A stretch of DNA of 64,000 nucleotides from Candidatus Melainabacteria bacterium 17Bon1m (GCA_032128875.1 JAVLKG010000013.1:1-64000), one strand, 5' to 3'. Counted from the first letter of the stretch, positions 1-10,131 are shown. The notes: generated from the letters alone by a model not told the origin. Made by a program: numbers and translations.

Positions 1-149
1 TAGATTAAATGCCTTGGCTGAGCCGCTTTTGATGGCATAAAGCATGCAAAAAGAGGTTCGCGATGAATAATCCAGGTGAGCAGGACCTGCTACATGGTTT
101 AGTGAAGTCATACAAAAAGCTAATTTCGTTCGTCTCGACCGTTCGGCAA

Positions 150-437
150 TTAGTTGGTCAGTTTTGGTTTTCGCATGACTACGAGCCACAAGGTTCCTAG
201 CATGAACATCAGCCCGAATGGATTGATGAACATTGTCGAAATGGCAAAGACTGTCGCAGCAATTCCGAGAAAAACAATTCCGAATAATCCATAGCAGAAG
301 AACACGAAAAAGTCGAAGCAGATAAGTGCGAAGTGCAAGAACATCAGAGGCAGAGAGTTATGAAACAATCCCATCAGGAACGAAGCAGCAATGAGTACTG
401 CTCCGATTCCTAAGATTTTTCGTTGTCGATTCTGCAT
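150..437 (-). CDS. small membrane protein, paralog 1 of 4 in a tandem array
   Basis: ATG at 437; hydrophobic segments; N-terminus MQNRQRKILGIGAVLIAASFLMGLFHNSLP aligns with the three neighbouring ORFs. Confidence 0.75.
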   Translation of the reverse strand: MQNRQRKILGIGAVLIAASFLMGLFHNSLPLMFLHFALICFDFFVFFCYGLFGIVFLGIAATVFAISTMFINPFGLMFMLGTLWLVVMRKPKLTN

Positions 438-530
438 GGGAGTTCCAGGACAAAAATGTTTCCTTCCAGAAGGAGCAATCCGCATCCGAATAAGTTCCCA
501 ACTACCGCGAAAACATTATGTTCTGAACAA

Positions 531-800
531 CTAGGCTTGCTTTCGTCGGAACGAGTCATAGCTGAGCAAAATGCACAAAAACAGCAGAAAAGTAAAGGAA
601 GAAGCGTGAATTCTCGCCAAATAGAGAATGTGGTAAAACGCTGCGAGGAACACGCATTGAGCCACATCAAGCACAGGAAATATCAAAGACGTCAGTAAAG
701 TGAACGTTTGCGGCAAAGCGCTGTGAGAAAGGCCAAATATGAATGATGAAACTGTCAATACAGAACCAACTAAGACAATTTCTCTACGTTTGTTTTTCAT
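531..800 (-). CDS. small membrane protein, paralog 2 of 4
   Basis: MKNKRREIVLVGSVLTVSSFIFGLSHSALP shares the G..L...SF..GL.H..LP motif. Confidence 0.72.
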   Translation of the reverse strand: MKNKRREIVLVGSVLTVSSFIFGLSHSALPQTFTLLTSLIFPVLDVAQCVFLAAFYHILYLARIHASSFTFLLFLCILLSYDSFRRKQA

Positions 801-805
801 TGGGT

Positions 806-1045
806 CTAAGAGCTGACTCTCCGGGTTGTGTACCAAATAATGAAAAGAAAGCCTAGCACTAAGAGCACAATAGCAGGGTGAAAAACTGAGTTAGGTCGAG
901 GCATGACGAGGTATTCATAGAGATACCGATCCTGCTGCTTAATCCAAAATAGTCCCGCTTGAAAAACTCCAAAAAGGAATGAAGCAGTGATTAGAATCAA
1001 TGCGACAGGAACGAATCGCTTAGGATTCTTTTGCATGTTAAGCAC
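806..1045 (-). CDS. small membrane protein, paralog 3 of 4 (more diverged)
   Basis: MQKNPKRFVPVALILITASFLFGVFQ; two hydrophobic segments; start at 1045 or 1036. Confidence 0.65.
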   Translation of the reverse strand: MLNMQKNPKRFVPVALILITASFLFGVFQAGLFWIKQQDRYLYEYLVMPRPNSVFHPAIVLLVLGFLFIIWYTTRRVSS

Positions 1046-1307
1046 GCACTCGTTTTTGAAAGTATCTGATCACTATTAGTGCGAAAATCCAGAAGGTTGC
1101 TGGGTTAATCATTAAGAACAACGTGAATACAACCAGGTAGTAGGCAACCATTAAAACGCAACAGAATGCCCAAAATAGGACGATTAACAAGGTTGTCGCA
1201 AACTGCCAAAGTATCCCTGGGATTGCATTGTGTAACAGTCCAGCGCCGAATGAGGTCACTGCCAGAGCTGCACCGGTAGTCGCAATTTTGGCAGGTCTGT
1301 TAAGCAT
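1038..1307 (-). CDS. small membrane protein, paralog 4 of 4
   Basis: MLNRPAKIATTGAALAVTSFGAGLLHNAIP; later INP motif shared with paralog 1. Confidence 0.72.
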   Translation of the reverse strand: MLNRPAKIATTGAALAVTSFGAGLLHNAIPGILWQFATTLLIVLFWAFCCVLMVAYYLVVFTLFLMINPATFWIFALIVIRYFQKRVRA

Positions 1308-1520
1308 TCGAGTTTCCTCATCGCTGTAATTCCAACTTATCACCAAGTCGACTTGCAAGCTTTAAACGAACTCGAGCAGTAATCTTCAGCCCCGAACTGT
1401 TCAAATCTTCATTGAAAGTAATAGAAAAGAGAAATCTTCTTGAGACTGATTCTCATCAGAGTATAATCGCCGTCTGCTGAAAGAGAGCCAGCGCCGACCT
1501 CGCAAGAAGGAGAGTTTTCC

Positions 1521-2192
1521 GTGACCGCCATTTCCACATGGATGAAAGAAGAAAAACGCGATCTCGAAATGAACGAGTATCACGAGCAGTACTGGAATAG
1601 CTTTATCAAGCGCATTTCCCCGAAAGACGAAATTAAGGGCAAAACGGTTCTCGACTTCGGCTGTGGCTGCGGTGGTTTTCTGCGATTGCTCCAAGATCAA
1701 CGTCAGTTTAAAGAAGGCGTAGGCATCGACATTGCCGAGAAATCTTTGGAAACAGCAAGATCGTTGGTTGCAAAACGCCCCATCGAATATTTGTTGGCGA
1801 AGGACGCAGAGAAGTACAAAGGAAAGGTAGATTACGCCTTCAGTTACGAGGTCATCTACTTGATGCAAGATTTGGCAGAACACGCTGACTTTATGTCTGA
1901 ATTCCTCAAGCCAGGTGGCGTTTACTACGCTGCAACCGGCTGCCACACTGGCAATCCGCAGTGGGAAGACTGGAAGAAGATTATTCTCGGCGAGTCAGTT
2001 TTGCCGCTTATAGATTATGCTCCCGACGATTTCGTCGATGCTTTCAAAGCAAAAGGCTACAAGGTAGGCGTTTGCCGCTTGGATCACAGAGACTTCGTTT
2101 CCGTAATCCATAAGGATTATTTCCCTACTGTTGAAGATGCGATCAGATATTACGCTGACGACATCCAAGTTTTTCGCTTCGAGAAAATATAA
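1521..2192 (+). CDS. class I SAM-dependent methyltransferase
   Basis: VLDFGCGCG motif I, GIDIA, LKPGG; AGGAG RBS before the GTG start. Confidence 0.9.
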   Translation: MTAISTWMKEEKRDLEMNEYHEQYWNSFIKRISPKDEIKGKTVLDFGCGCGGFLRLLQDQRQFKEGVGIDIAEKSLETARSLVAKRPIEYLLAKDAEKYKGKVDYAFSYEVIYLMQDLAEHADFMSEFLKPGGVYYAATGCHTGNPQWEDWKKIILGESVLPLIDYAPDDFVDAFKAKGYKVGVCRLDHRDFVSVIHKDYFPTVEDAIRYYADDIQVFRFEKI

Positions 2193-2246
2193 GTAGGGGA
2201 GCCGCATGCGGCTTCCTGATCAGGGCGGCACATGTGCCGCCCTTAC
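2193..2246. repeat. REP-like palindrome pair (GTAG-type)
   Basis: GTAGGGGAGCCGCATGCGGCTTCC followed by inverted GGGCGGCACATGTGCCGCCCTTAC; relatives at 15123, 35314, 61848, 63363. Confidence 0.75.
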
Positions 2247-2524
2247 GATTAGAAATGGCGCCCGCTTTCTGAGTGGGCGCTAATTTTTGTTTTTTCAATA
2301 GCCAAAACTTATGTTCTCGTTCATCTGATCCGCGATCTTCATGATCCCTAAAGGATCTGTTTCCCACGGGCGCGGCGTTTCCGGCTCCTTGACGTCAGAA
2401 AATTGCAATAACCTAACGATTGCGAAACTTTGCAGGATTTGGGCGCAAAATTTTGCTGGGACTAATTGACGTTTCAAACGTTCCAACCAAAATCCATCCC
2501 AAACAATTTTTAGGAGAGCCGTTA

Positions 2525-3652
2525 ATGATGGGAGTGTTTCACGATCTCGATGTCTACGGTCATGAACAAGTAGTTTTCTTCCATGATAAGGAATCTGGAC
2601 TGAAGGCAATTATCGGTGTTCACAGTACCGTTCTCGGTCCTTCCCTCGGCGGTTGCCGCATGTGGAAATATTCCGACGAAGCTGCTGCTCTCCGTGACGT
2701 TTTGCGCCTTTCGCGCGGTATGACCTACAAAGCTGCTGTTGCCGATTTGAAACTGGGCGGCGGTAAGGCAGTTGTTATTGCCGATGCGCGCACAGAAAAA
2801 ACCCCCGAGCTTCTTGAAGCTTTCGGTAAGGCTGTTGAATCAGTAGCCGGCCGCTACATCACCGCAGAAGACGTCGGTATGTCTGTCAAAGACATCGACT
2901 ACATCCGCAATTTCACCAAGCACGCTGTCGGTGGAAGCAACGAAGGCGGCTCTGGCGATCCTTCGGTAATGACTGCATTTGGCTGCTTCCAAGGTATCAA
3001 GGCTGCTCTCAAGCACGCCGGATTGGGCGAAAAGCTTGAAGGCGTTAAAGTCGCCGTACAAGGCGTAGGCAACGTCGGATACCACCTCTGCAGCTACCTT
3101 TCTGCTGCTGGTGCCAAGCTCATCATCACCGACATCTACCCGAATCAAGTAGAGAAAGTTGTTCAAGAGTTCGACGCAACAGTCGTAACCCCTGATCAAA
3201 TCTATGCAGTAGATGCCGACATTTTCGCTCCATGCGCATTGGGTGCCATCTTGAACGAGCGCACAATCCCTCAATTGAAGTGCAAAATCGTTGCCGGTTC
3301 TGCCAACAACCAGTTGGAAAACGACAACGATGGCAAAGCTCTAGCAGACAAAGGCATTGTCTACTGCCCAGATTACGCCATTAACGCAGGCGGCTTGATC
3401 AACGTTGCAGCTGAAATCGACGGCTACAACAAAGAGCTCGTACTCAACAAAGTCAGCAAGATCTACGACACGATCGACTTGATCTTGACCCGCTCGGAAA
3501 GCGAAGGCGTGCTTCCTCAAGAAGCTGCCGCGCAAATCGCTGAGCAAAGACTGGCTCAAGCTGCGTTCGTCAAGAAAGCTGAAAAATCACTCGGCGAAAA
3601 CTTCTTGAACTCCACCTTGAGTTCTGAAACCAAAGGCGCGACAATTCGCTAG
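2525..3652 (+). CDS. Glu/Leu/Phe/Val dehydrogenase (leucine dehydrogenase-like)
   Basis: GPSLGGCRM, LSRGMTYK, GGGKAV, ITAEDVG, QGVGNVG; AGGAG RBS before ATG 2525/2528. Confidence 0.93.
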   Translation: MMGVFHDLDVYGHEQVVFFHDKESGLKAIIGVHSTVLGPSLGGCRMWKYSDEAAALRDVLRLSRGMTYKAAVADLKLGGGKAVVIADARTEKTPELLEAFGKAVESVAGRYITAEDVGMSVKDIDYIRNFTKHAVGGSNEGGSGDPSVMTAFGCFQGIKAALKHAGLGEKLEGVKVAVQGVGNVGYHLCSYLSAAGAKLIITDIYPNQVEKVVQEFDATVVTPDQIYAVDADIFAPCALGAILNERTIPQLKCKIVAGSANNQLENDNDGKALADKGIVYCPDYAINAGGLINVAAEIDGYNKELVLNKVSKIYDTIDLILTRSESEGVLPQEAAAQIAEQRLAQAAFVKKAEKSLGENFLNSTLSSETKGATIR

Positions 3653-3682
3653 TAAGCAGTTCGTCGAACCTGGTTTTTCCGA

Positions 3683-4072
3683 TTGACCTACAATACCGTC
3701 TATGCCGACATCCACTGCCCTTTTTGCAATGAAAAGGTGACTTCGGGCGTCGGCTTTCGGCTTGGTTGTTTGGAAAACAAAAACTACAAGCTGGGCGACA
3801 AGCTCAAGTGGGAAGGCGCAGTGTGCCGTCCCGAAACGCGTCCAAAGGACGGCAGCATCCAATCGATAGGCTATTTCAACTGCGATTACGTCAAGTGCAA
3901 GACCTGGTCTGACTGCTTCCCTGAAGTGCAGCAGGCGCTTGTCACTATAAAAAATGACGTTATCGAGAAAGTGGAAGTTTACAAAGGGCCCTTAAGCGGC
4001 GAGCAATTTGAGATTATTAAGCCGGCTAAGGGCGGAGCGAAGAAAACTACCTCCAAGCCCAAGAATAAATAG
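3683..4072 (+). CDS. hypothetical Cys-rich (possible Zn-binding) protein
   Basis: CPFC and CDYVKC motifs; operon position between two clear genes. Confidence 0.7.
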   Translation: MTYNTVYADIHCPFCNEKVTSGVGFRLGCLENKNYKLGDKLKWEGAVCRPETRPKDGSIQSIGYFNCDYVKCKTWSDCFPEVQQALVTIKNDVIEKVEVYKGPLSGEQFEIIKPAKGGAKKTTSKPKNK

Positions 4073-4098
4073 CCGTCCCTCCAATTGAGGTGCGCCTG

Positions 4099-5250
4099 AT
4101 GCAAGCACGTGAATTCTTGATGATTCCCGGCCCTACTCCTGTTCCGGACAGGGTTTTGGAAGCCGTCGCCAGACATCCGATCGGTCACAGAACGCCTGAG
4201 TTTTCCAAGCTCCTGCGTGGTGCGGTCGATGATTTGAAGTGGCTTGGGGAAACTAAGAAAGATCCGTTTGTCATCACATCGTCCGGAACCGGCGCAATGG
4301 AAGCTGCGATTGCGAACACCGTAAACAGTGGCGATGAGGTTCTTTCCCTGATCGTGGGCGTGTTTGGCGAACGCTGGGCAAAAATTTGCGAAGCATACGG
4401 CGCCAAAGTAGAGCGTGTAATCTCTGAAGCAGGGCAGCCCGTAGACCTGGTTTTGCTGGCTGACAAACTCAAGAAAGACAAAGACAGAAAAATCAAAGTC
4501 GTCACCGTCACGCACAACGAAACATCTACTGGCGTGATCAATGACCTCAAGGCAATCGCGAAGCTGGTGCGCGATCACGGCGCGCTGATTATTGTTGATG
4601 CGGTCACTAGTTTTGGTGCGATTCATTTGCCGATTGATGAGTGGCAAGTCGACGTGCTCGTAACCGGCAGTCAGAAAGCGCTCATGTTGCCGCCTGGACT
4701 CGGAATCATTTTCTTTTCCGACAGAGCTGCAAAAGTGAGCGAGAGCTGCAAGTCGCCGCGCTTTTATTTCGATCTGCGCAAATACAAGAAGAGCTTAGAA
4801 CAAGATACGACTCCTGCTACTCCAAACGTTTCCCTCGTTGCCGGGCTCAGAGAGTCGCTCTTGATGATGAAAGAAGATGGCACTGAGAAAATATTCGCAC
4901 GCCATATGCGATTGAAGGAGGCTTTGAGATCTGGTGTAAAGGCTCTTGGATTGAAGCTTTTCGTCGACGATGAAAACGCTTCTCCGACGATTACCGCTAT
5001 TCTTCCTCCTGCTGGAATATCCGTCGCGGATATTCGAAAAGGGCTAAAAGAGGAGTTCCGCATCCTCGTCGCTGACGGTCAGGAAGATCTGAAAGGCAAG
5101 ATATTCCGCATCGGTCACATGGGTTATGTTTTCGAAAGAGACATCCTAATGACCTTGGCTGCGCTTGAATCTGTGTTGCGCAAACTGGGACACGAAGTGA
5201 AGGATGGAAAGGCGGTTGAGGCTGCATCTAAAGCTTTTGCCGTGCGGTAA
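4099..5250 (+). CDS. class V PLP aminotransferase (alanine-glyoxylate/serine-pyruvate family)
   Basis: MIPGPT, SGTGAME, HNETSTG, DAVTS, GSQKAL (PLP lysine), FRIGHMG. Confidence 0.93.
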   Translation: MQAREFLMIPGPTPVPDRVLEAVARHPIGHRTPEFSKLLRGAVDDLKWLGETKKDPFVITSSGTGAMEAAIANTVNSGDEVLSLIVGVFGERWAKICEAYGAKVERVISEAGQPVDLVLLADKLKKDKDRKIKVVTVTHNETSTGVINDLKAIAKLVRDHGALIIVDAVTSFGAIHLPIDEWQVDVLVTGSQKALMLPPGLGIIFFSDRAAKVSESCKSPRFYFDLRKYKKSLEQDTTPATPNVSLVAGLRESLLMMKEDGTEKIFARHMRLKEALRSGVKALGLKLFVDDENASPTITAILPPAGISVADIRKGLKEEFRILVADGQEDLKGKIFRIGHMGYVFERDILMTLAALESVLRKLGHEVKDGKAVEAASKAFAVR

Positions 5251-5408
5251 ATACTAATGAAAGCGGTGAAATTCTGATCACATTTCGTTAGAGCGGCATA
5301 ACTTAATGTGCAATCAGTCCACCTTTTTGTTATTAGATCACTTGATATATGGTGATCTGGCGACCAGCCGCCCAATTCATGGATTTAAGCGGCTGTACTG
5401 GAGGAGCA

Positions 5409-6425
5409 ATGACTCTCCAATCCAAGAGAATTGTTAGTGCAAAGTTGAAGAACAGCGCAATTTTTTGTGCGGCGGCGACGTTGCTGTTATCGTCTGCAGC
5501 CCCTGCCCATGCGTATTACAACTATGCATACGGACTGGGCAATTTGCTTTGGCCGGTCAGAGCGCTTGTCTATCCGCTGGCAGTGACGCCTTGGAGCTAC
5601 CGCAGTCCTACGTATATGGCGTCCACAGCGATTCAAGCCGCAGCGCGAAGCTCCTATCGGGTGGTTCCGCAGCAAGGCATTTACGGCACAAGTCTCAATT
5701 ACACCGATGCCCAGGTTGCAAGTCAATCGCCTACTCTGATGAAAGTGCCGCAGGGTCCGTCGGATCAGATCAATTATGCAAGATGGGTCAAGCCCACAGA
5801 CCTCGCAGATCGTGAGCTTCTCGCACGCGCCCCTGGGGCGCCGCCACTACAGGCAGTGCAAGGTGGTGATCCAAATGCACAAGGCAATCTGTCTCAAGTT
5901 GCTACAAATGGCACTGTGACAGGTGAGCCGCCGATCGGAGTTCCGGTGACTTACGGTAATCAAACTGCTTTTTCTGCGGTTGACCCCAACACGAATGAGC
6001 CACTGCCGGCGCCACCACTGACGAAGCAGAAGAAATCAAAGCAGCCAAAGCACGCTAATCCAATGGCGTTTCAACAACCCGCGCAGCCAATGAATATGAT
6101 GCCTGTCGGCGCTGCTTCCAATGTTCCACAACATCTGTCTTCGCCGCTTGCTGCGCATTTTATTGAAACGGTCAACAGCCGTTTTGATGGGGATATCTCG
6201 AAGGCGCTCAAGCACAGTGAAACTCGCAATTTGGCTGAGGCTATGGGCTTGGTGGATCGCAAAGGATTTTCTGCTGGCAGTTTGAACCAAGCCAGAATTG
6301 ATGCGATTTCGCATATCTTCAAAGACACCTCACTGGATGCGACCAGTAAGCTTGACGCGATGAAGATTTTGCTCCGTGCTTCCGCTCCTGCAGCGACAGC
6401 GCAAGCCGAAGATCGCTCATTCTAG
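5409..6425 (+). CDS. hypothetical secreted Pro/Gln-rich protein
   Basis: GAGGAG RBS; signal-peptide-like region ending AHA; low-complexity middle. Confidence 0.75.
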   Translation: MTLQSKRIVSAKLKNSAIFCAAATLLLSSAAPAHAYYNYAYGLGNLLWPVRALVYPLAVTPWSYRSPTYMASTAIQAAARSSYRVVPQQGIYGTSLNYTDAQVASQSPTLMKVPQGPSDQINYARWVKPTDLADRELLARAPGAPPLQAVQGGDPNAQGNLSQVATNGTVTGEPPIGVPVTYGNQTAFSAVDPNTNEPLPAPPLTKQKKSKQPKHANPMAFQQPAQPMNMMPVGAASNVPQHLSSPLAAHFIETVNSRFDGDISKALKHSETRNLAEAMGLVDRKGFSAGSLNQARIDAISHIFKDTSLDATSKLDAMKILLRASAPAATAQAEDRSF

Positions 6426-6559
6426 AAGCTCAAATGATTTGTATGAAAACGAACCACTGACTTTGATTGTCAGGCGGTTTGCTAACTGCGCTATGCAAAA
6501 CAGTATCGAAAGCTCCTCGTAAAGCGCATAAACACAGGCTCTTTGCTACTTCGGGGCAC

Positions 6560-6589
6560 TTCAATTCGGAGAGCCGAAAGGGTTAGTAT
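6560..6589 (+). promoter_or_regulatory. putative sigma70-type promoter
   Basis: TTCAAT-N18-TAGTAT followed by a pyrimidine-rich leader. Confidence 0.45.
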
Positions 6590-6808
6590 CGAGTCCTAAT
6601 TCTTTATCGCTTCTCTTTCGGAACCACTACTCCTCCCCTTTTCTCTGCTTCCCTGCTCCTGTTTTTCTTCTTGCTCCAGCAAGTTGTGAAACTGTGGAGT
6701 TTGAAAGTTGCAGCGTAGGCGAGTTTTCCAAAGAGTTCGACTGTTTCACACAGTATCGAGATTTACATCCAGCTTTCTAAGCCGGAACTAGACAAAAGGA
6801 CATGTGCC

Positions 6809-7483
6809 ATGGGCTCTCACAGAGATGTGTTCCCCGATGTTCCTTCGCTCAAGTCACGGCTTAAGGACAAGCGTGACTTTCGGATACGTTTTCGTGACCG
6901 CGGTGCTTTCTCAACAATCGTTTCGCCGCATGGAGGTTACATCGAAGAAGGTACTTCTGCACTGGCGCGCGCTTGTGCCGGACCTGATTTCAACTTCTTC
7001 GACTTCCAAGGTCTGCGAACCGAAAATCCGAGCGAGCTTCATGTCACCTCCACGCACTTCCGCGACCCTGACCTCATGAAGATGCTCGACGCATCTGAGG
7101 TTGCGGTGTCGATTCACGGAATGGGCGACGAAGATGACATCACGATTTGGCTAGGTGGGTTGAACAAAGAACTGAAAGAGAACATGCTCAAGGCCCTCCG
7201 CGAGCAAGGCTTTTCAGTCAATCCAGACAGCCCGCGTCACCGTGGTGAAAGCAAGCTGAATTTCGTCAACATGGCAAAGCAGAAGGGTGTTCAGATCGAA
7301 CTTCCGAATAATCTGCTCAAGACCATGTTCGTCGGACCTCGCTTTGCTCGCACCGGACGTCATGTCAAAACCACGCCTGTCTTCGACAAATTCGTCAAGG
7401 CTGTGCGTCAGGTTGTGCATGCCGAGAAGCGTCGCCAGATGAAGCTGAGCGCTGGGCGAGGAACAGGAACAAATGCGAAGTAG
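6809..7483 (+). CDS. poly-gamma-glutamate hydrolase family protein (PghP/YjqB-like)
   Basis: PHGGYIEEGT, LHVTSTHF, SIHG, GVQIE motifs. Confidence 0.85.
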   Translation: MGSHRDVFPDVPSLKSRLKDKRDFRIRFRDRGAFSTIVSPHGGYIEEGTSALARACAGPDFNFFDFQGLRTENPSELHVTSTHFRDPDLMKMLDASEVAVSIHGMGDEDDITIWLGGLNKELKENMLKALREQGFSVNPDSPRHRGESKLNFVNMAKQKGVQIELPNNLLKTMFVGPRFARTGRHVKTTPVFDKFVKAVRQVVHAEKRRQMKLSAGRGTGTNAK

Positions 7484-7523
7484 CTGGGAGGTGCTTTAAC
7501 AGACCTTCCCGGCTGCTTTTTTT
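7482..7523 (+). terminator. intrinsic terminator
   Basis: AGCTGGGAGGT..ACCTTCCCGGCT hairpin plus T-tract. Confidence 0.6.
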
Positions 7524-7532
7524 GACTGTCGC

Positions 7533-7549
7533 AACGATGTGGTGTAGTA
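7533..7549. other. 3'-end spaced palindrome, copy A
   Basis: AACGA-tgtggtg-TAGTA, about 10 bp after the T-tract. Confidence 0.7.
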
Positions 7550-7616
7550 GCTTGGCTGCGAAAATCAGGTAGGATGGATTGTAGGGAAGCACCGATCCCA
7601 AAGAGGGGACTTGCTC

Positions 7617-7805
7617 ATGAAACCCATCAGAATTTTGGAAATCGGAGCGTTGATAGGGCTTTTGGTCTTCTGTCTGGGGCTGGTTTTTGGCGGGTCCAAC
7701 AAAGAATCCCAGCAGGGTATTTCCTGGGGTGGTCGACCCACAAATGCGATGGATGCCGCGAGAAATGCGGATACATCTAACTTCGATACTGTTTTGAAAT
7801 TCTAG
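7617..7805 (+). CDS. small membrane protein
   Basis: GAGGGG RBS; single hydrophobic helix. Confidence 0.55.
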   Translation: MKPIRILEIGALIGLLVFCLGLVFGGSNKESQQGISWGGRPTNAMDAARNADTSNFDTVLKF

Positions 7806-7820
7806 AACTGTCGCGGCAAG

Positions 7821-8129
7821 CTAAATGATTATCGTTCTGCGGCTTGGCCAGCCCGCTCCGACAAACTTACATGGTGTCACAAGGTCGATGCGTTGCGGTG
7901 ATGCATCGAATGATTCGCTGAACTCAAGCCTTGATTTCATGCGCTTTTGTGACACGATTTGCGCATCAAGGCAGTCATTTATTTGAGTGATAAGCTCAGG
8001 CACCTTTGGTGAGTCCAGCCCGCTTGCAGCGCGTTTGAACTCATTGATAAAGCTATCGATCATGCCGATTGAAAGTAAGTCGGCTAAAACTTCTGGATCG
8101 CAATTGATGGTGTTTTTGGAAGCGTTCAT
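7821..8129 (-). CDS. hypothetical protein
   Basis: ORF with helical composition filling the gap; no recognisable motif. Confidence 0.5.
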   Translation of the reverse strand: MNASKNTINCDPEVLADLLSIGMIDSFINEFKRAASGLDSPKVPELITQINDCLDAQIVSQKRMKSRLEFSESFDASPQRIDLVTPCKFVGAGWPSRRTIII

Positions 8130-8433
8130 AAACAGAAAGAGCAGAATGCTGGGGTTTGGTTTGGATGCTGATGATAGTATGCCCGAGCGAGATCCCCGTC
8201 CACCGTGGAAATACGACGATAGGCGAAAACCGCAATCACGCGTGGTTTTGCGGAGCGCCGTGGGCCGTATGTTTTGCGTGACGGTCCCACGATATAGGGA
8301 CTAAAAAATTAGGGGTTTTCCTTAGACTTTAGAGCATGCGAAGCCGTGCCCGTCAGCCTTCTTGGACTTTGCGGAACGTAGTGACTGCCCGCCTGGAAGC
8401 GCGCGTTCGGTTTTTGAAATGGAGCGTGGAAAA

Positions 8434-8892
8434 CTAGACTGGTGTGTCAGTCATCCAGGCCCAGAAGCGACACCACCAGCTCGAGCGAACCATCTCAAGC
8501 TTTTCGTTGATGCCTTTCATTTCTAGGTGTGTTTCAGCAAGGTGCAATTCACGCTCGATCAAGAGTGTTCGCAAATCGAGTGATTCTTGCTCAAGCTCTG
8601 GCACTCTGTTAGCAATAGCTTCCACCATCGAAAGAATGCTTGTTTGTTCTTCCAGATGTTCTACTTTGCTTTCCAGATAGCCGATGCGATGCATTGCTGC
8701 AGCCAGTCTGTCGTTTGCAAACTCCAGGCTGGCAAGCACATTCGCCATATTGCTCTGAGAGAGATCTTGCTCATTCAGAATCTGGATTACCTTTTCATCT
8801 TCTTGTTCGAGAATTTGAAAAAAGCTGTCCTGGATGTCTGTTTCCCTCGCTTCGGCTAGCATTGGTGCCAGCGCTTTGGCGGGGTTGTGCAT
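8434..8892 (-). CDS. coiled-coil protein with C-terminal WWxRFWxW motif
   Basis: heptad-like Leu/Glu pattern; C-terminus SWWCRFWAWM. Confidence 0.75.
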   Translation of the reverse strand: MHNPAKALAPMLAEARETDIQDSFFQILEQEDEKVIQILNEQDLSQSNMANVLASLEFANDRLAAAMHRIGYLESKVEHLEEQTSILSMVEAIANRVPELEQESLDLRTLLIERELHLAETHLEMKGINEKLEMVRSSWWCRFWAWMTDTPV

Positions 8893-9095
8893 ATTCTTTT
8901 AGCCCTTTCTAGCTATGTTCTTGGACCGATTTCTGACTTCAATTCGGATTGTGTGTGTGTGAATTGAGCATTTGAAATACTTCATCTGCACCGACATTAT
9001 GCTCCTACGGGCGGTGCCTGTCTAGTGGCACGCGTGATACCACTACTGATGGCATGTTTCGGAAGATTTGGAAAGTTGTGAGTTGTCAATCGGAG

Positions 9096-9551
9096 CTAAT
9101 TGCTGTCCGGAATTGGAGCCCCTTCGGGAAGGGTGGGAGTTCCAAACTTATGAGTTGTCACTGATGCCTTTTGAACACTGTTGTTCGCATAGTCGAGTTG
9201 AAGACAAGGAAGGATGTTTTCCCTCGGTCTTCGATCAATCGCAGCATAGGCTGGGCCTGGGTTTGAAGAACATATAGAAACGTCTCTGGGCCCTTCGCGT
9301 TGCAATTGGAAAAATTCCTGAGAATTAGTAGCTTTCAGTGGAACGCCGAGCATCCGGTGTACTTGAACTTTGGTAAGACCGATTAGTTGCTTGGACTCAA
9401 CCAAAAATTTTGCGTTCTCTTCTCGGTTCGTATAGGTGTCCCATTGTTGCTGGTCGAAACTCATTGAACGTGTTTCTTCACCAGCGCATGCGGCTAATGG
9501 TGCGGAAAGCGCAAATAAGCAAGATAGAATCGCAATCAAGGCGTTTTGCAT
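9096..9551 (-). CDS. hypothetical secreted protein
   Basis: signal-peptide-like N-terminus; LIGLTKVQVHRMLG resembles BamE/SmpA-like segments. Confidence 0.6.
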   Translation of the reverse strand: MQNALIAILSCLFALSAPLAACAGEETRSMSFDQQQWDTYTNREENAKFLVESKQLIGLTKVQVHRMLGVPLKATNSQEFFQLQREGPRDVSICSSNPGPAYAAIDRRPRENILPCLQLDYANNSVQKASVTTHKFGTPTLPEGAPIPDSN

Positions 9552-9660
9552 GTCATTCTCCAGACGAGAATGCAAATCATACGACAGTCCAGAAGCGTTG
9601 TAATTGTCCGGACCACGTTTCAGAACATGTGCTGTACGAATGATCGCACCTTTTGGTATA

Positions 9661-9677
9661 TACCATATTAAATAATA
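9661..9677. other. 3'-end spaced palindrome, copy B
   Basis: minus strand TATTA-tttaata-TGGTA after the SLOG-operon hairpin (about 9692-9745). Confidence 0.55.
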
Positions 9678-9766
9678 GAGACGACGCTAAGAGGAAAGGG
9701 CGTGGAGAAGAGCGGTTGCCCGCTGCGACTGCACGCCTTTCCTGGGTTCCTGGCTAGCTGTTGAGA

Positions 9767-10048
9767 CTAGCCGCGGATGTAGCGACGAATCAGGTCGGCG
9801 ACGTTGCCGACGGTGTCTTCGTTGTTCATGTAGTGGCTGACGCGGAGCAGCGCCTGGGTGTCGCTGGGCTCGTCGGTCATCTCGGGCAGGAGCTTCTCGA
9901 TGCGCGGGCATCCTTCGCAAAGGGCCTTGAGGCGCTCACCGTTGTAACCGGGAAACGAGCCGATCAACCATGCGATCTGGTCGACGTCCATCGCTCCAGC
10001 GTTGGTGTCTGCGTCCTTCAGGGCTTGCTTCAAGCGCTCTTCGATCAT
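9767..10048 (-). CDS. hypothetical protein, last gene of the SLOG operon
   Basis: GAGGA RBS; codon style matches the upstream SLOG genes. Confidence 0.75.
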   Translation of the reverse strand: MIEERLKQALKDADTNAGAMDVDQIAWLIGSFPGYNGERLKALCEGCPRIEKLLPEMTDEPSDTQALLRVSHYMNNEDTVGNVADLIRRYIRG

Positions 10049-10131
10049 GTGTTATGTCCTCGTGACGGCCCAAGATGCCGTCTGGTTATGCACTTCGGTT
10101 TGGCGTCACCGGGTGCGGTGGCGCCGGGTTG

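Noticed and set aside
5252-6505. Extra palindrome candidates at 5252 (TACTA-N7-CGGTG) and 6489 (CGCTA-N7-CAGTA)
   Set aside because: Too many mismatches and no preceding T-tract; not counted.
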